Positions 1 through 10,189 of a stretch of DNA of 64,000 bases are shown in pieces. This DNA is from Capsulimonadales bacterium (GTDB lineage Bacteria > Armatimonadota > Armatimonadia > Armatimonadales > Armatimonadaceae), in the NCBI GenBank assembly GCA_033762295.1, contig JANRLW010000069.1:96001-160000 (forward strand). Direction: 5' to 3'. The position numbers and the translations under genes are program-made. The notes beneath the pieces are model-generated. The model worked only from the letters and a program-made list of their open reading frames with translations, was not told the DNA's origin and did not search any database. Every line of letters starts with the position of its first letter. The first letter of the stretch is position 1.

Positions 1-1
1 C

Positions 2-1897
2 GCCGGCGAACTCCCTCTGACCGAAGAGATGCTGCTCCGCCGACCCTCCGGTGATATTTTCGGGCTTTCGCAAAATGCCGGGATGGGCTGGGACCCGGCC
101 CGCCTCGACCGCCGCGAGTTCCTGATCCTCTCGACCCAGGGCGGTATTCGCGCCGAAGACGGAACTCCGATCGCCCTCGGTTACCACACCGGGCACTGGG
201 AGGTCGGCCTGCTGATGAAGGCGGCGGCGGAAACCCTGACGACCGCCGGGGCGATCCCGTTTGCCGGGTTCGTCTCCGATCCCTGCGACGGGCGGACCCA
301 GGGAACGGTCGGCATGATGGACTCCCTGCCGTACCGCAACGACGCCGCCCTGGTCTTTCGCCGCCTGATCCGCTCGCTGCCGACCCGCAAGGGCGTCCTC
401 GGCGTCGCGACCTGCGACAAGGGACTCCCGGCGATGATGATCGCCCTCGCCGCACAGCACGGACTCCCGACCGTTCTGGTTCCGGGCGGCGTGACCCTGC
501 CGCCAACGCGCGGGGAGGATGCCGGCAAGGTGCAGACCATCGGGGCCAGATTCGCGCACGGCCTGATCACCCTAAAAGAGGCGGCGGAAGCCGGATGTCG
601 CGCCTGCGCGACGCCGGGGGGCGGCTGCCAGTTCTTCGGGACCGCCGCGACCGCCCAGGCGGTCGGGGAAGGGCTCGGCCTGACCGTGACCCATGCCGCT
701 CTCGCGCCGTCCGGTCAGCCGATCTGGCTCGAAATGGCCCGCCAGTCCGCTCGCGCCCTGCTCGAACTCGAAACGCGCGGCATCACGACCGGCGATATCC
801 TCACCGACGCGGCGGTCGAGAACGCGATGTACGTCCACGCGGCCTGCGGCGGTTCGACCAATCTCCTGTTGCATCTTCCCGCCATCGCCTACGCGGCGAA
901 ATGCCGACGTCCGACCGTGCAGGACTGGATTCGCGTCAATCGCGCAGTACCGCGCCTGGTCGATGTCCTGCCCAATGGCCCGACCGACCATCCGACCGTC
1001 CGGTTCTTCCTCGCCGGAGGCGTTCCCGAAGTGATGCTCCACCTGCGTCGGCTCGGCCTGCTGCACACGGATTGCCTGACCGTGACCGGGAAAACCGTCG
1101 GTGAGAACCTGGCGGAGTGGGAACGATCCGAACGCCGGGAACGATTGCGTCAGGTTCTGCGCGATAAGGACGGCGTCGATCCGGACGAGGTCATTCTCTC
1201 GCCGGAACGCGCGACACAACGGGGACTCACCTCGACCGTCTGTTTCCCGGTCGGAAATCTCGCCCCGCAGGGGTCGGTGATCAAGGCGACCGCCATCGAT
1301 CCGTCGGTGGTCGATGCGGACGGCGTCTATCGCAAGGTCGGCCCGGCCCGGGTCTTCGTCACCGAACGCGATGCCATCGCCGCCATCAAGGGAACGTCCG
1401 CGGACGGTCGACGCATCGAAGCGGGAGATGTGATCGTTCTGATCTGCCGGGGACCGATGGGTTCCGGGATGGAGGAGACGTACCAGATCACGTCGGCGTT
1501 AAAATATGTCCCGTATGGGAAAACGGTCGCCGTTTTGACCGATGCGCGTTTCTCCGGCGTCTCGACCGGCGCCTGCATCGGACATATCGGCCCGGAGGCG
1601 CTGGCGGGCGGCCCGATCGGCAGAGTCCGGGACGGCGACCGGATCGAGATCCTCATCGATCGAAACACGCTGGAAGGAAGCATCCAGCTGGTCGGAACCG
1701 GCGAGACGCTGTTCGGCGCGGAGGAGGGGAGCAGGGTTCTCGCGCAGCGGACGCCGCATCCCGATCTCGCGCCGGACCCGGACCTGCCGGACGACACCCG
1801 TCTCTGGGCGCTATTGCAGAATGCCAGCGGGGGCACCTGGGGCGGGTGCGTCTACGATGTCGATGCCATCGCCCGCGCCCTGTCCGCCGTCGCCTGA
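2..1897 (+). CDS. yjhG: YjhG/YagF-family D-xylonate dehydratase (IlvD/Edd family), 5' truncated by window edge
   Basis: Frame open from base 2; motifs [44 protein letters not shown] segment typical of YjhG/YagF. Confidence 0.9.
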   Translation, partial: AGELPLTEEMLLRRPSGDIFGLSQNAGMGWDPARLDRREFLILSTQGGIRAEDGTPIALGYHTGHWEVGLLMKAAAETLTTAGAIPFAGFVSDPCDGRTQGTVGMMDSLPYRNDAALVFRRLIRSLPTRKGVLGVATCDKGLPAMMIALAAQHGLPTVLVPGGVTLPPTRGEDAGKVQTIGARFAHGLITLKEAAEAGCRACATPGGGCQFFGTAATAQAVGEGLGLTVTHAALAPSGQPIWLEMARQSARALLELETRGITTGDILTDAAVENAMYVHAACGGSTNLLLHLPAIAYAAKCRRPTVQDWIRVNRAVPRLVDVLPNGPTDHPTVRFFLAGGVPEVMLHLRRLGLLHTDCLTVTGKTVGENLAEWERSERRERLRQVLRDKDGVDPDEVILSPERATQRGLTSTVCFPVGNLAPQGSVIKATAIDPSVVDADGVYRKVGPARVFVTERDAIAAIKGTSADGRRIEAGDVIVLICRGPMGSGMEETYQITSALKYVPYGKTVAVLTDARFSGVSTGACIGHIGPEALAGGPIGRVRDGDRIEILIDRNTLEGSIQLVGTGETLFGAEEGSRVLAQRTPHPDLAPDPDLPDDTRLWALLQNASGGTWGGCVYDVDAIARALSAVA

Positions 1898-1918
1898 GAA
1901 CGGCGGACCGGTGCGACC

Positions 1919-2674
1919 TTACGGGACAACCGTTTCGGGCGGCGTCGGCGCGGTGCCTTTCGTCGGCTTCTTCAGCGGTTTGATGTAGATATTTCGGAAA
2001 CTCGCGACGGTGTTCGGTCCGTGGCAAAGCTGGAAACCGATCGGTCCGCTCGGAAAACCGCCCGGATCGTCACCGTCCGCCGTTTTGACGCCGTTGAGGT
2101 AAATCGTCACCCGGCTGCCCACATGGCGGATGTAATAGTGGTTCCAGTCGCCGGGACGCAAAATCCGGTCCGCCTCCTCTTTCGGGAAGTCGAAAATCTT
2201 CCTCTGGCGGTGATGCTCATCCCAGAGACAGCCCCAGTACCCTTCCCCCATATCGACCTGATACCCCGGAACATCATCGAAAGATTTCGGCTGAATCCGG
2301 GTACAGACCCCGCTGTTGTAGCCGACCATTTTCACATCGATGTGCAGTTCGAAGTCGGAGTAGTCCCGGTCGGTGAACAGGTAATGGTGGTGCGGCGTCT
2401 CGCCCTTCTTATCGCCGACGATCGCTCCGTCCTTGACCTCCCAGTAACCCTTTTCGCCGACCCACCCTTTCAGCGACCTGCCGTCGAATAGTGGTGTCCA
2501 GCCCTTCGCCACCGGTTTTCCGTCCTTCACCGTGCCGTCCGGTCCGTCGCCGAACTGCACGACGCCGGGCGCGGGAAAGACGGGCGGTTCTGCCGACGGC
2601 GCGGCGGAGGCAAGGCCAGCGACGGTCAGGAGAACGGCGGTCGGAGCGAGAAGCGAAACGAGTCGTTGTTTCAT
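1919..2674 (-). CDS. Secreted DUF1080 (3-keto-disaccharide hydrolase family) protein
   Basis: Signal peptide; W.PLFDG.SL.GW, NSGV, GYQVD, DWNHY, GPIGFQ.H and FRNIYIK motifs. Confidence 0.85.
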   Translation of the reverse strand: MKQRLVSLLAPTAVLLTVAGLASAAPSAEPPVFPAPGVVQFGDGPDGTVKDGKPVAKGWTPLFDGRSLKGWVGEKGYWEVKDGAIVGDKKGETPHHHYLFTDRDYSDFELHIDVKMVGYNSGVCTRIQPKSFDDVPGYQVDMGEGYWGCLWDEHHRQRKIFDFPKEEADRILRPGDWNHYYIRHVGSRVTIYLNGVKTADGDDPGGFPSGPIGFQLCHGPNTVASFRNIYIKPLKKPTKGTAPTPPETVVP

Positions 2675-4122
2675 GCCAGAGCGTTCCTTATGACGACGCC
2701 TCCGTTGCCGGTCAACCGCTGGAAGCGTCCGTTGAAAAGATAGGTGAGTTTCATATCATCCAGTCCGACGGCGCGCAGAACGGTCGCGTGCATATCGCGG
2801 ATATGGTAGGGGTCGTTGCCGGTCTTGTAGCCGACGTCGTCGGAGGAACCGATAACCTGACCGCCTTTGATACCGCCGCCCGCCATCCAGACCGTCTGTA
2901 CGCCGGGATTATGGTCTCGACCGGACCCTCCCTGAGAAATCGGCATGCGCCCGAACTCCCCCGCCCAGATTATGAGCGTCGAGTCCAGCAGACCACGGCG
3001 TTTCAAATCGGTCAGCAGGCCGGCGATCGGTTTATCGGTCGAACCGGCGTGCTTTCGGTGGTTGCCGACGATATCGCCATGGGCATCCCAGGTATCGTCA
3101 CCGTGACCGCCGCCGGAGTACAGCTGAATGAAGCGGACGCCGCGCTCCACCAGGCGGCGGGCCAGGAGACACTTACGCCCGAACTCTTCGGTTTCCGGTC
3201 GGTCCAGGCCGTAGAGAGCCTTCGTCTCCTCCGATTCCTTCGACAGATCGACCGCTTCCGGTGCGGACATCTGCATGCGGTACGCGAGTTCGTAGGACGC
3301 GATCCGCGCTTCGAGTTCGCTGTCGCCGGGTCGCGCCGCCAGATGCTCGCGGTTGAGCCGTCCCAGAAACTCCAGGTCCGCTTTCTGTGACGCGTCGCTG
3401 ACCCCCTTGCCGGGCTTCAGGTCCAGAATCGGGGTTCCGGCGGCCCGGAAGACCGTTCCCTGATAGGTCGCCGGCATATACCCCGAGGCCCAGTTCGGCG
3501 CGCCGCCGATCGGACCGCCGCGCGAGTCCAGCATCACCACGAACCCCGGCAGGTTCCGGTTCTCCGATCCGAGACCGTAGGTGACCCAGGACCCCATGGC
3601 CGGCGATCCCTGAAGGATCGTTCCGGTGTTCATTTCGAACAGGGCGGGCGCATGATTGTTGGAATCGCCATAGATCGACCGGAAAAAGCAGATATCGTCG
3701 ACGCATTCGCCGACATGGGGATAGAGTTCGCTGACTTCGATGCCCGACTTTCCGTACTTTTTGAACGCGAACGGGCTTTTCATCAAAGGCACGCTGCCGC
3801 TGTTCGCGCCGCCGAACGTTTTCACCTCGCCGGCGTTCGGCAGGGCGACCTTCATGGTCTTGCCGTCGAAGCGTGTCAACTCCGGCTTCGGATCGAACGT
3901 GTCCATCTGGCTCGGACCGCCGTACATGAACAGGAAGATAACCGATTTGGCCCGCGCCGGAACCATCGGGCGTTTGGGCGACAGCGGGCCGGGCCGGCCG
4001 TCGGTGGCCTGAGCTTCCTCGGCCAGAAGGGCGGAAAGCGCGAGACTACCGAACCCGACCCCGGCGCGAAGAAGAAAATCGCGCCGGGAGTGGGCGTTGC
4101 CAAAATGGGGTGGTCGCTGCAT
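2671..4122 (-). CDS. DUF1501 domain protein with Tat signal (alternative start 4164)
   Basis: SRRDFL twin-arginine signal; AKSVIFLFMYGGPSQMDTFDPKP, LARRLVERGVRF, WDAH, GEFGR, GRDHN. Confidence 0.9.
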   Translation of the reverse strand: MQRPPHFGNAHSRRDFLLRAGVGFGSLALSALLAEEAQATDGRPGPLSPKRPMVPARAKSVIFLFMYGGPSQMDTFDPKPELTRFDGKTMKVALPNAGEVKTFGGANSGSVPLMKSPFAFKKYGKSGIEVSELYPHVGECVDDICFFRSIYGDSNNHAPALFEMNTGTILQGSPAMGSWVTYGLGSENRNLPGFVVMLDSRGGPIGGAPNWASGYMPATYQGTVFRAAGTPILDLKPGKGVSDASQKADLEFLGRLNREHLAARPGDSELEARIASYELAYRMQMSAPEAVDLSKESEETKALYGLDRPETEEFGRKCLLARRLVERGVRFIQLYSGGGHGDDTWDAHGDIVGNHRKHAGSTDKPIAGLLTDLKRRGLLDSTLIIWAGEFGRMPISQGGSGRDHNPGVQTVWMAGGGIKGGQVIGSSDDVGYKTGNDPYHIRDMHATVLRAVGLDDMKLTYLFNGRFQRLTGNGGVVIRNALA

Positions 4123-4141
4123 CGTGGTTCTTCGGCTCCTG

Positions 4142-6568
4142 TCAATCGGCGTAGACAAACTCATTGGTGTTGAACAGAACGTGACAGAGATCGGCCCAGG
4201 CCATCCTCTCGGCGGCGGACTGCCCTTCCTCCTGGTGCAGCCGACGTTTGCGTTCGAGGAACAAAGTTGCCTGTCGAAGCTCCTCGTCCGTCGGGCGGCG
4301 GACCAGCGCCGTTCGGTAGGCGCGAGTGATCCGCGTCGCGGTCGTCGCTTCCTCGGCCAGCAGGCGGTCGGCGAAACGGCGCGATTCGTTCCACACGAAC
4401 TCGCCGTTGAACAGGGCCAACGCCTGCGGAGCGATCGTGGTGGTGTTGCGGCGCGGACAGGAGTTCACCATGTCGGGACCGTCGAACACCTCGGCGATCG
4501 GCAGAGCGAGCGAGCGACGCTGGAAGACATAAATGGTCCGTCGACGCTGCTGATCCTCCGGCGAACTGCCCCACTTACGGGTGGAACCGGTGGAAAGAAC
4601 CTCGGCGCTCAACGCCGGGTAGATGCTCGGGCCGCCCCGTTCCGGGTTCAGTCCGCCGCTGACCGAGAGAACGCTGTCGCGGATCGCTTCCGCTTCCAGT
4701 CGCTGGCGGTTCTGACTTCGGAACAGACGGTTGGCCGGGTCGACCGCCTTTGCTTTGGCCGTGGGCATGGCGCTCTGCCGGTAGGTGGCGGAGGTCAGGA
4801 TCAGGCGGTGTATCGCCTTCAGACTCCATTTCCTCCGGATCAACTCCCCGGCGAGGTAGTCGACCAGTTCCGGATAGGCGGTCTTTTCACTGTTCACGCC
4901 GAAGTCGGAGGGGGTGCCGACCAGTCCGACGCCGAAGTGGTGCTGCCAGAGCCGATTGACAATCACCCGCGCCGTCATCGGGTTCCGTGGCGACGTGAGC
5001 CAGGCGGCCAGGGCGGATCGCGCCCCGGAGGTTCGCCCGTCCTCAGGTTTGGCGAAGACCGCTTCCTGCTCCTTGCCGCCGCTGAACGCCGCGATAAAGC
5101 CGGGCGTGATCGCCTCACCGGGGGTTGTCAGGTTACCGCGCACCAACACATGATGTTTGGGCGGTTCGGCGTTCCGGTCGGTCACCGTTTCGGCGACCGC
5201 ATCGATCGGGTGCAAACGGCGTACCACGTCATCTCGCTTCGCGCGCAGCCCGTCCCAGGTTTCCTTTCGGTCCTTTCGGGAGGCGTCCGACAGCCATTTA
5301 TCGATCGCCTCATCGTTCGCGTCGGCCTTTTGCATGGCCGTTCGAACCTCGGCGCGGAAACGGTCGAGCGCCTCCTCGGCGGCTTTTCGTTCCTGCCGCG
5401 CCCGATCGCGCTCTTCGATGACCGCGGGCGGGTCGACCTCGCCCGGAAGCGACTGCTCCCGCCATTCCGTATTGACGAAGAACGCCTGCAGTCGGTAGTA
5501 ATCGCGCTGAGAGATGCGGTCGTACTTATGGTCGTGACAGCGGGCGCAACCGACGGTCATGCCCAGAACGGCGGAACTGAGAGTATCCGTGGCATCGTTC
5601 AGAGTCTCCTGTCGCCGACCGGGCGGATCGGTGGAGAGTTCGTCGTAGCTGCCGAGACGCAGGAATCCGGTCGCGATCCAGGCATCCGGGTCCTTCGGGA
5701 AAAGCTCGTCGCCCGCCACCTGCTCCTGCAGAAAACGGTCGTAGGGTTTGTCGACGTTGAACGCGCGGATGACGTAATCGCGGTATCGCCAGGCCCGTGC
5801 CCGGATGTTATCCGCTTCGAAGCCGTGCGTCTCGGCGAAGCGGACCAGGTCGAGCCAGTGTCGCGCCCAGCGTTCGCCGAACCGTGGGTCCGCGAGCAGG
5901 CGGTCCACCAGATTTTCGTAGGCGTTCGGCGAGGTATCGGCGAAGAAGGCGTCCGTCTCCTGCGGGGTCGGCGGCATCCCGACCAGATCGAGGTACAGCC
6001 GTCGGATCAGAGCGACTTTCGGCGCGGGCGGAGCCGGTGTCAGCCCTTTCGCACGCAGTTTCGCCAGAACGAAGCGATCGATCGGATGAGAGACGTTGCC
6101 GGCGACGGCGGGCGGGGTGACCCTGGCGATCGGAACGTACGGCCATTCGAGTTTTTCGGCATCGATGGTCGCGCCTTCCGCGATCCAGCGCTCGACGGTC
6201 CGAATCTGCGCCTCCGTCAGCGGGTGTCCGCCCATCGGCATCTGCGGCTGATGGGTGCCGCGCAGGTAACCGACGAGCGCCGACGCGGCGGGTTTGCCCG
6301 GAACGACAATCTTTCTGCCGAACTTCGTTCCGCCGTTGCGCAGAACGTCGGGCGTATCCAGCGAAAGACCGCCGGCGGCCGAGGTTTTGGTGTGGCAACC
6401 GGAACAGTGAATCCGCAGAAGCGGGGCGACGGTCTCCTGATAGCTGACCCGTTTCGGCGCGGCCGCCGCCAGAATCACCAGGGAGAGCAGCGACAGCAGG
6501 GGTAGCGCGACGCCGAGGCGGCGAACCACGTTCACGTGCGACAAAAAGGGCCGATGGCTTCGGAGCAT
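4142..6568 (-). CDS. Planctomycete cytochrome c + DUF1549/DUF1553 (PSD1) protein; start uncertain (6589-6535)
   Basis: CSGCH and CARCHDHK heme motifs; HPIDRF, GERWARHWLD, ARVIVNRLWQHHFG, PQALALFN. Confidence 0.9.
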   Translation of the reverse strand: MLRSHRPFLSHVNVVRRLGVALPLLSLLSLVILAAAAPKRVSYQETVAPLLRIHCSGCHTKTSAAGGLSLDTPDVLRNGGTKFGRKIVVPGKPAASALVGYLRGTHQPQMPMGGHPLTEAQIRTVERWIAEGATIDAEKLEWPYVPIARVTPPAVAGNVSHPIDRFVLAKLRAKGLTPAPPAPKVALIRRLYLDLVGMPPTPQETDAFFADTSPNAYENLVDRLLADPRFGERWARHWLDLVRFAETHGFEADNIRARAWRYRDYVIRAFNVDKPYDRFLQEQVAGDELFPKDPDAWIATGFLRLGSYDELSTDPPGRRQETLNDATDTLSSAVLGMTVGCARCHDHKYDRISQRDYYRLQAFFVNTEWREQSLPGEVDPPAVIEERDRARQERKAAEEALDRFRAEVRTAMQKADANDEAIDKWLSDASRKDRKETWDGLRAKRDDVVRRLHPIDAVAETVTDRNAEPPKHHVLVRGNLTTPGEAITPGFIAAFSGGKEQEAVFAKPEDGRTSGARSALAAWLTSPRNPMTARVIVNRLWQHHFGVGLVGTPSDFGVNSEKTAYPELVDYLAGELIRRKWSLKAIHRLILTSATYRQSAMPTAKAKAVDPANRLFRSQNRQRLEAEAIRDSVLSVSGGLNPERGGPSIYPALSAEVLSTGSTRKWGSSPEDQQRRRTIYVFQRRSLALPIAEVFDGPDMVNSCPRRNTTTIAPQALALFNGEFVWNESRRFADRLLAEEATTATRITRAYRTALVRRPTDEELRQATLFLERKRRLHQEEGQSAAERMAWADLCHVLFNTNEFVYAD

Positions 6569-6659
6569 GGGTAACGGTCCATCCGACAACGATAACCGGA
6601 ACGACGAACTGTTTAAGTATACTTCAACGCCCGCTTCGGGGCAATAGCCGAAACGACGA

Positions 6660-6685
6660 AAGGCCCGCCGAAAAGGGCGGGCCTT
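6660..6685 (-). terminator. Intrinsic terminator after site-2 protease gene
   Basis: 10-bp stem aaggcccgcc/ggcgggcctt followed by tcgtcgttt on the minus strand. Confidence 0.65.
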
Positions 6686-6706
6686 CGGGTCGTTGTGACG
6701 TTCCGA

Positions 6707-7390
6707 TCAGAGGCCAAGAAGAATCTTGAGCAGGGTCAGAACGATCGGCGCGACAAATTGTCCCAGAGTGCCGGTGTAGGTCAGTATCAGCAGGAGGTAG
6801 ACGCCGTAGCGCTGCATGAAGCCGCGGTAAGGAACGGCCAGCGACTCCGGAAGAAAGCTGGAGACGATATGGGAACCGTCCAGCGGGTGGATCGGGACCA
6901 GATTAAAAGCGAACAGACCCAGGTTGACGAGCATCGCGATAAAGAGGAAGAGCAGAACGTACATCGCGTTCTCGTCCCGCCCGATCCCGCCCGCCATCAC
7001 AAACCGTGTGATCGGCGCAAGGACGACGGCGGTCAGCAGGTTCATCAGCGGGCCGGCCGCGGCCACCCAGGCGATGCCCCTTTTCGCCCCGCAACGATAT
7101 TTTTCCGGGTCGGTACGAACGGGCTTCCCCCAACCGATCGGGAAACCGATCAGCATGGAAACGACCAGCAACAGCGTTCCCAGCGGATCGAGATGGGCCA
7201 GCGGGTTGAGCGTGACCCGCTTCTGTTCCCGCGGCCCCGGATCGCCCAGGCGGTCCGCCATCCAGGCGTGACCGAACTCATGAACGGTGGTGGCGAAAAT
7301 GATGGCAACCAGCGCCATCATCCAGAGGATCACGGGGGAAGGCTCCCATCGCGTGACGGTGAAACATAACTCACGCACGATATCGAACAT
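6707..7390 (-). CDS. Site-2 protease (peptidase M50), membrane zinc metalloprotease
   Basis: HEFGH zinc motif, AAGPLMN, FNLVPIHPLDG; GGAGG SD 7 nt upstream of ATG 7390. Confidence 0.9.
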   Translation of the reverse strand: MFDIVRELCFTVTRWEPSPVILWMMALVAIIFATTVHEFGHAWMADRLGDPGPREQKRVTLNPLAHLDPLGTLLLVVSMLIGFPIGWGKPVRTDPEKYRCGAKRGIAWVAAAGPLMNLLTAVVLAPITRFVMAGGIGRDENAMYVLLFLFIAMLVNLGLFAFNLVPIHPLDGSHIVSSFLPESLAVPYRGFMQRYGVYLLLILTYTGTLGQFVAPIVLTLLKILLGL

Positions 7391-7509
7391 GTGACTGCCT
7401 CCTGAAAACCGGCGCGTCCGGATCGAATGTACACAGTATATCGGCAAACCGCCACGTTGCGCCGTGCGATTTTCAACGTCCGCCGCCGTCAAAATCGGCG
7501 CCGCCGGAA

Positions 7510-9117
7510 TCAGTAGTAATCGAACTCGGTCACGGAATTCAGATTCGCCTGCAACGCCCCACGAAAGGCGGCCGAACGTTCCCGGAACGCCTGCTGTGCG
7601 TCGGTCGCCTGACGGTATTTCACCGGATCGCCGGATGCCCGGGCGATCTCCTCCGTCAATCGGTACCCGATCGCGGAAATGGCGATACCGACCAGGTTAT
7701 ACAGGACGGTCGGGGTGACGCGGGGATTCTCCCGCACCGTCCACTCCCCGGCGACGGTCGCGCCAAGACCGACAATCAAGGCGCAGTCCTTCTCTGCCGC
7801 CTCGAGATTTCCCTGTTGGCTGTGGAAAAGAGCGATGCCGGAAATAGCCCGCGCCAGACTCCGGAAACGAGCCATCTCCGGAAAGGCTTCCGTATCACGA
7901 AAGGCATAATTCCATGGAACGGCAAGGAGTCGAGGAACGGACGATGCGGCGCGAAGCGGCCGGATCGGTTTGGCGGTTCCCTCACGAACCAGCGCCATCG
8001 CCTGTTCGGCGGTCCGCAGGGCGTCGGCATTCAGGCGATACGGTTTGCGCGGCGCGGTTTCGCCGCCCGGAGGCATCCGCGATTCGTTGTGATACCGTTC
8101 GAAATCGGTCTCCGCGAGAAGGTGATGCGCCTCCAGGAGAGAATGGATTCCGTTGTCCGGATCGAATCGCTTCGCCTGCCGGAGAAACGCCCTGCCTTCG
8201 GGGGTGATCCTCCCGGAGTCGTTCCGCATCGTCAAAAGGTTCGACCGGTAGCGCCCGAACCATAATGCCGGGTTGCGCGGGGCGAGGGCGAGGGATTTTT
8301 GAAAGGCGGCGTCGGCCTCCTTGCCTCCGAGGACCTCTCCGAGGGATTGCCAGTACGTCGCATTCTCCGGAGCGAGGCGAACGGCTTCCCGGAACGCGGC
8401 GACCATTTCGACGTGTTCCGGTTTTTCCGGTTCGGGTGTCTCCGCCGCCTCCGCCGCCTCCGAATCCTCGTTCTGCGGTTCACGAAAACGACTGTATTCC
8501 GGTTCTTCGCCCTCGTTAGCGGCCGGGTACGAATATTCGGCCGGATATTCCATCAGTAGACGCAGACACCAGCCACGGTAGAACGCCACCTCGGCTTTTT
8601 CCCGGTCCGTTCCGGCCTGCTTCCCGGCCCGTTCCCAGGCGGCGCGAGCCTCCTTCCGGAGTGACTCGACCCGTGCGTCATGTCGTTTTCGATCCTCGGG
8701 GGTTTCCAGGATCGGACGCATGTTGTCGTCCTTGCAGAGGAAGACCCGGTGGGGCGGCGGTTCCGGTTTCGGATCGCCGTGTTCCTCGCTGTCCGGGTCC
8801 TTCTGGGCGGCCTCCCATTCGGCCAGTTCTCGCGGGAACCGTTGTTTCGCCGTCGTCAGCAGGAGGGTGAACGCCGCCGCATAGTTCAGACTGGCGTACC
8901 GACCACAGAGCGCGCAGGCGAGCGCCAGCGAAATCCGGTAATCGGTCGGCGAAAGATTTTGCGCCTGCCGGAGCCATCCGGCGATCCGCTCGTAACGCTT
9001 TCCCAGCTTGAGATCATGGCAGGCATCGGCGTAGAGTCGGTCGGCGGTCGGCGCGGGCGGGGCGTCGTCCGGCACCAGAAGCGCCGTCAGGTAAAAACAG
9101 AATTCGCGTCGCAGCAT
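7510..9117 (-). CDS. TPR-like hypothetical protein, possible Tat signal
   Basis: Helical repeats (AFREAVRLAPENATYW, AFQKSLALAPRNPALW); N-terminus MLRREF. Confidence 0.65.
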   Translation of the reverse strand: MLRREFCFYLTALLVPDDAPPAPTADRLYADACHDLKLGKRYERIAGWLRQAQNLSPTDYRISLALACALCGRYASLNYAAAFTLLLTTAKQRFPRELAEWEAAQKDPDSEEHGDPKPEPPPHRVFLCKDDNMRPILETPEDRKRHDARVESLRKEARAAWERAGKQAGTDREKAEVAFYRGWCLRLLMEYPAEYSYPAANEGEEPEYSRFREPQNEDSEAAEAAETPEPEKPEHVEMVAAFREAVRLAPENATYWQSLGEVLGGKEADAAFQKSLALAPRNPALWFGRYRSNLLTMRNDSGRITPEGRAFLRQAKRFDPDNGIHSLLEAHHLLAETDFERYHNESRMPPGGETAPRKPYRLNADALRTAEQAMALVREGTAKPIRPLRAASSVPRLLAVPWNYAFRDTEAFPEMARFRSLARAISGIALFHSQQGNLEAAEKDCALIVGLGATVAGEWTVRENPRVTPTVLYNLVGIAISAIGYRLTEEIARASGDPVKYRQATDAQQAFRERSAAFRGALQANLNSVTEFDYY

Positions 9118-9178
9118 ATACCATGAGAACGAAAAATCCGTCCGATGGTAACGGCTCCGCAGCAAATTCGCGGGAGAA

Positions 9179-9934
9179 TTACTCGCCGGAGATACGAGAC
9201 GGGCCGGACGTCGTCGCCGTTACTTTGGGATTGCCTCGATACGAAATGGAGGAGGCGCCGCGGGCGCTCGCCGTCAGGGTATTCTCGACCCGGACGGTCG
9301 CCGCACTGGCGCCGCCGGTATTGACCACGGCGGTTCCGGAGCGCAACTCCCCGCCCTGAAAACGGGATGCGCCGGTGAGGGAGACCGTCTGACGATCGGT
9401 CTGACCGGTGACCCGTACGGTAGATGCCCCGGCCGCTTTCGTTGACAGTTCCCGGACGTCGATTTCGGTGATCTCCGCCTTGCTCGCGCCGACCACGCTG
9501 ACATCCAGAGAATCTCCCCGGAGAGCGGACAGACGGGCGGTCGCGGCGCCGGTCAGCTCGATCCGGTCCAGCTTTTTCGCCGACACCAGGAATCGGACCG
9601 GCCGGGTAGGACGGATCCGGGCATCCTGTTCCAGTCGAATCCGCAGGCAACCGTCCCGGACCTCGCATTCGAACAGCGGACCGAGGTTATCCTCGGCTTC
9701 GACCACCAGTGAATGGTCCGTGCCCTGGACGGCTTCCAGTTCGCCGATGCCGGTCACCTGCACGGCGTGAAAAGCCGTGACCGGGCGGTTCTGCCGGATG
9801 ACGCGACCGGAGCCCTGAATCAGGTCGCGGAGGTAGGCTCCGGCGACCCGCAGCGGTCCGACCATTGCCAGACCGCAAAGGACAAGAACATAGAGTAGGG
9901 CCAGGGATAGGACTGCCTGATGACGAGTTCTCAT
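9179..9934 (-). CDS. DUF2807 / head GIN domain protein with N-terminal membrane anchor
   Basis: IQGSG, EAEDNL, repeated GAS units, SISYRGNP; GAGGT SD before ATG 9934. Confidence 0.85.
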   Translation of the reverse strand: MRTRHQAVLSLALLYVLVLCGLAMVGPLRVAGAYLRDLIQGSGRVIRQNRPVTAFHAVQVTGIGELEAVQGTDHSLVVEAEDNLGPLFECEVRDGCLRIRLEQDARIRPTRPVRFLVSAKKLDRIELTGAATARLSALRGDSLDVSVVGASKAEITEIDVRELSTKAAGASTVRVTGQTDRQTVSLTGASRFQGGELRSGTAVVNTGGASAATVRVENTLTASARGASSISYRGNPKVTATTSGPSRISGE

Positions 9935-10189
9935 GCGGATACCTCTTTCCTTCCGTGCCCGTCCGGCTCGGGTTTTCCTGTCCAATGACGAGGAGCGACG
10001 ATCGAATCCACGAAATGCGCCGAAAATTGTCCTGTGAATAATGAGAGGCATCGACGCCCGAAAACGTTACGGTACGCGGTCGAATTTCGGAATGATTCGC
10101 GCCCCTGCCTGGCGAATGGGTCAACAGCATTCGTATCGAACGTTATTCGTACCGAACGTTACCGATCCTTCGATCATTGAGGAAATGCC

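Noticed and set aside
4097..6505. Long antisense ORFs (also 21735-24458, 34027-36429, 45601-48312, 17846-19726)
   Set aside because: Shadow frames of well-supported genes in high-GC DNA; no recognisable motifs
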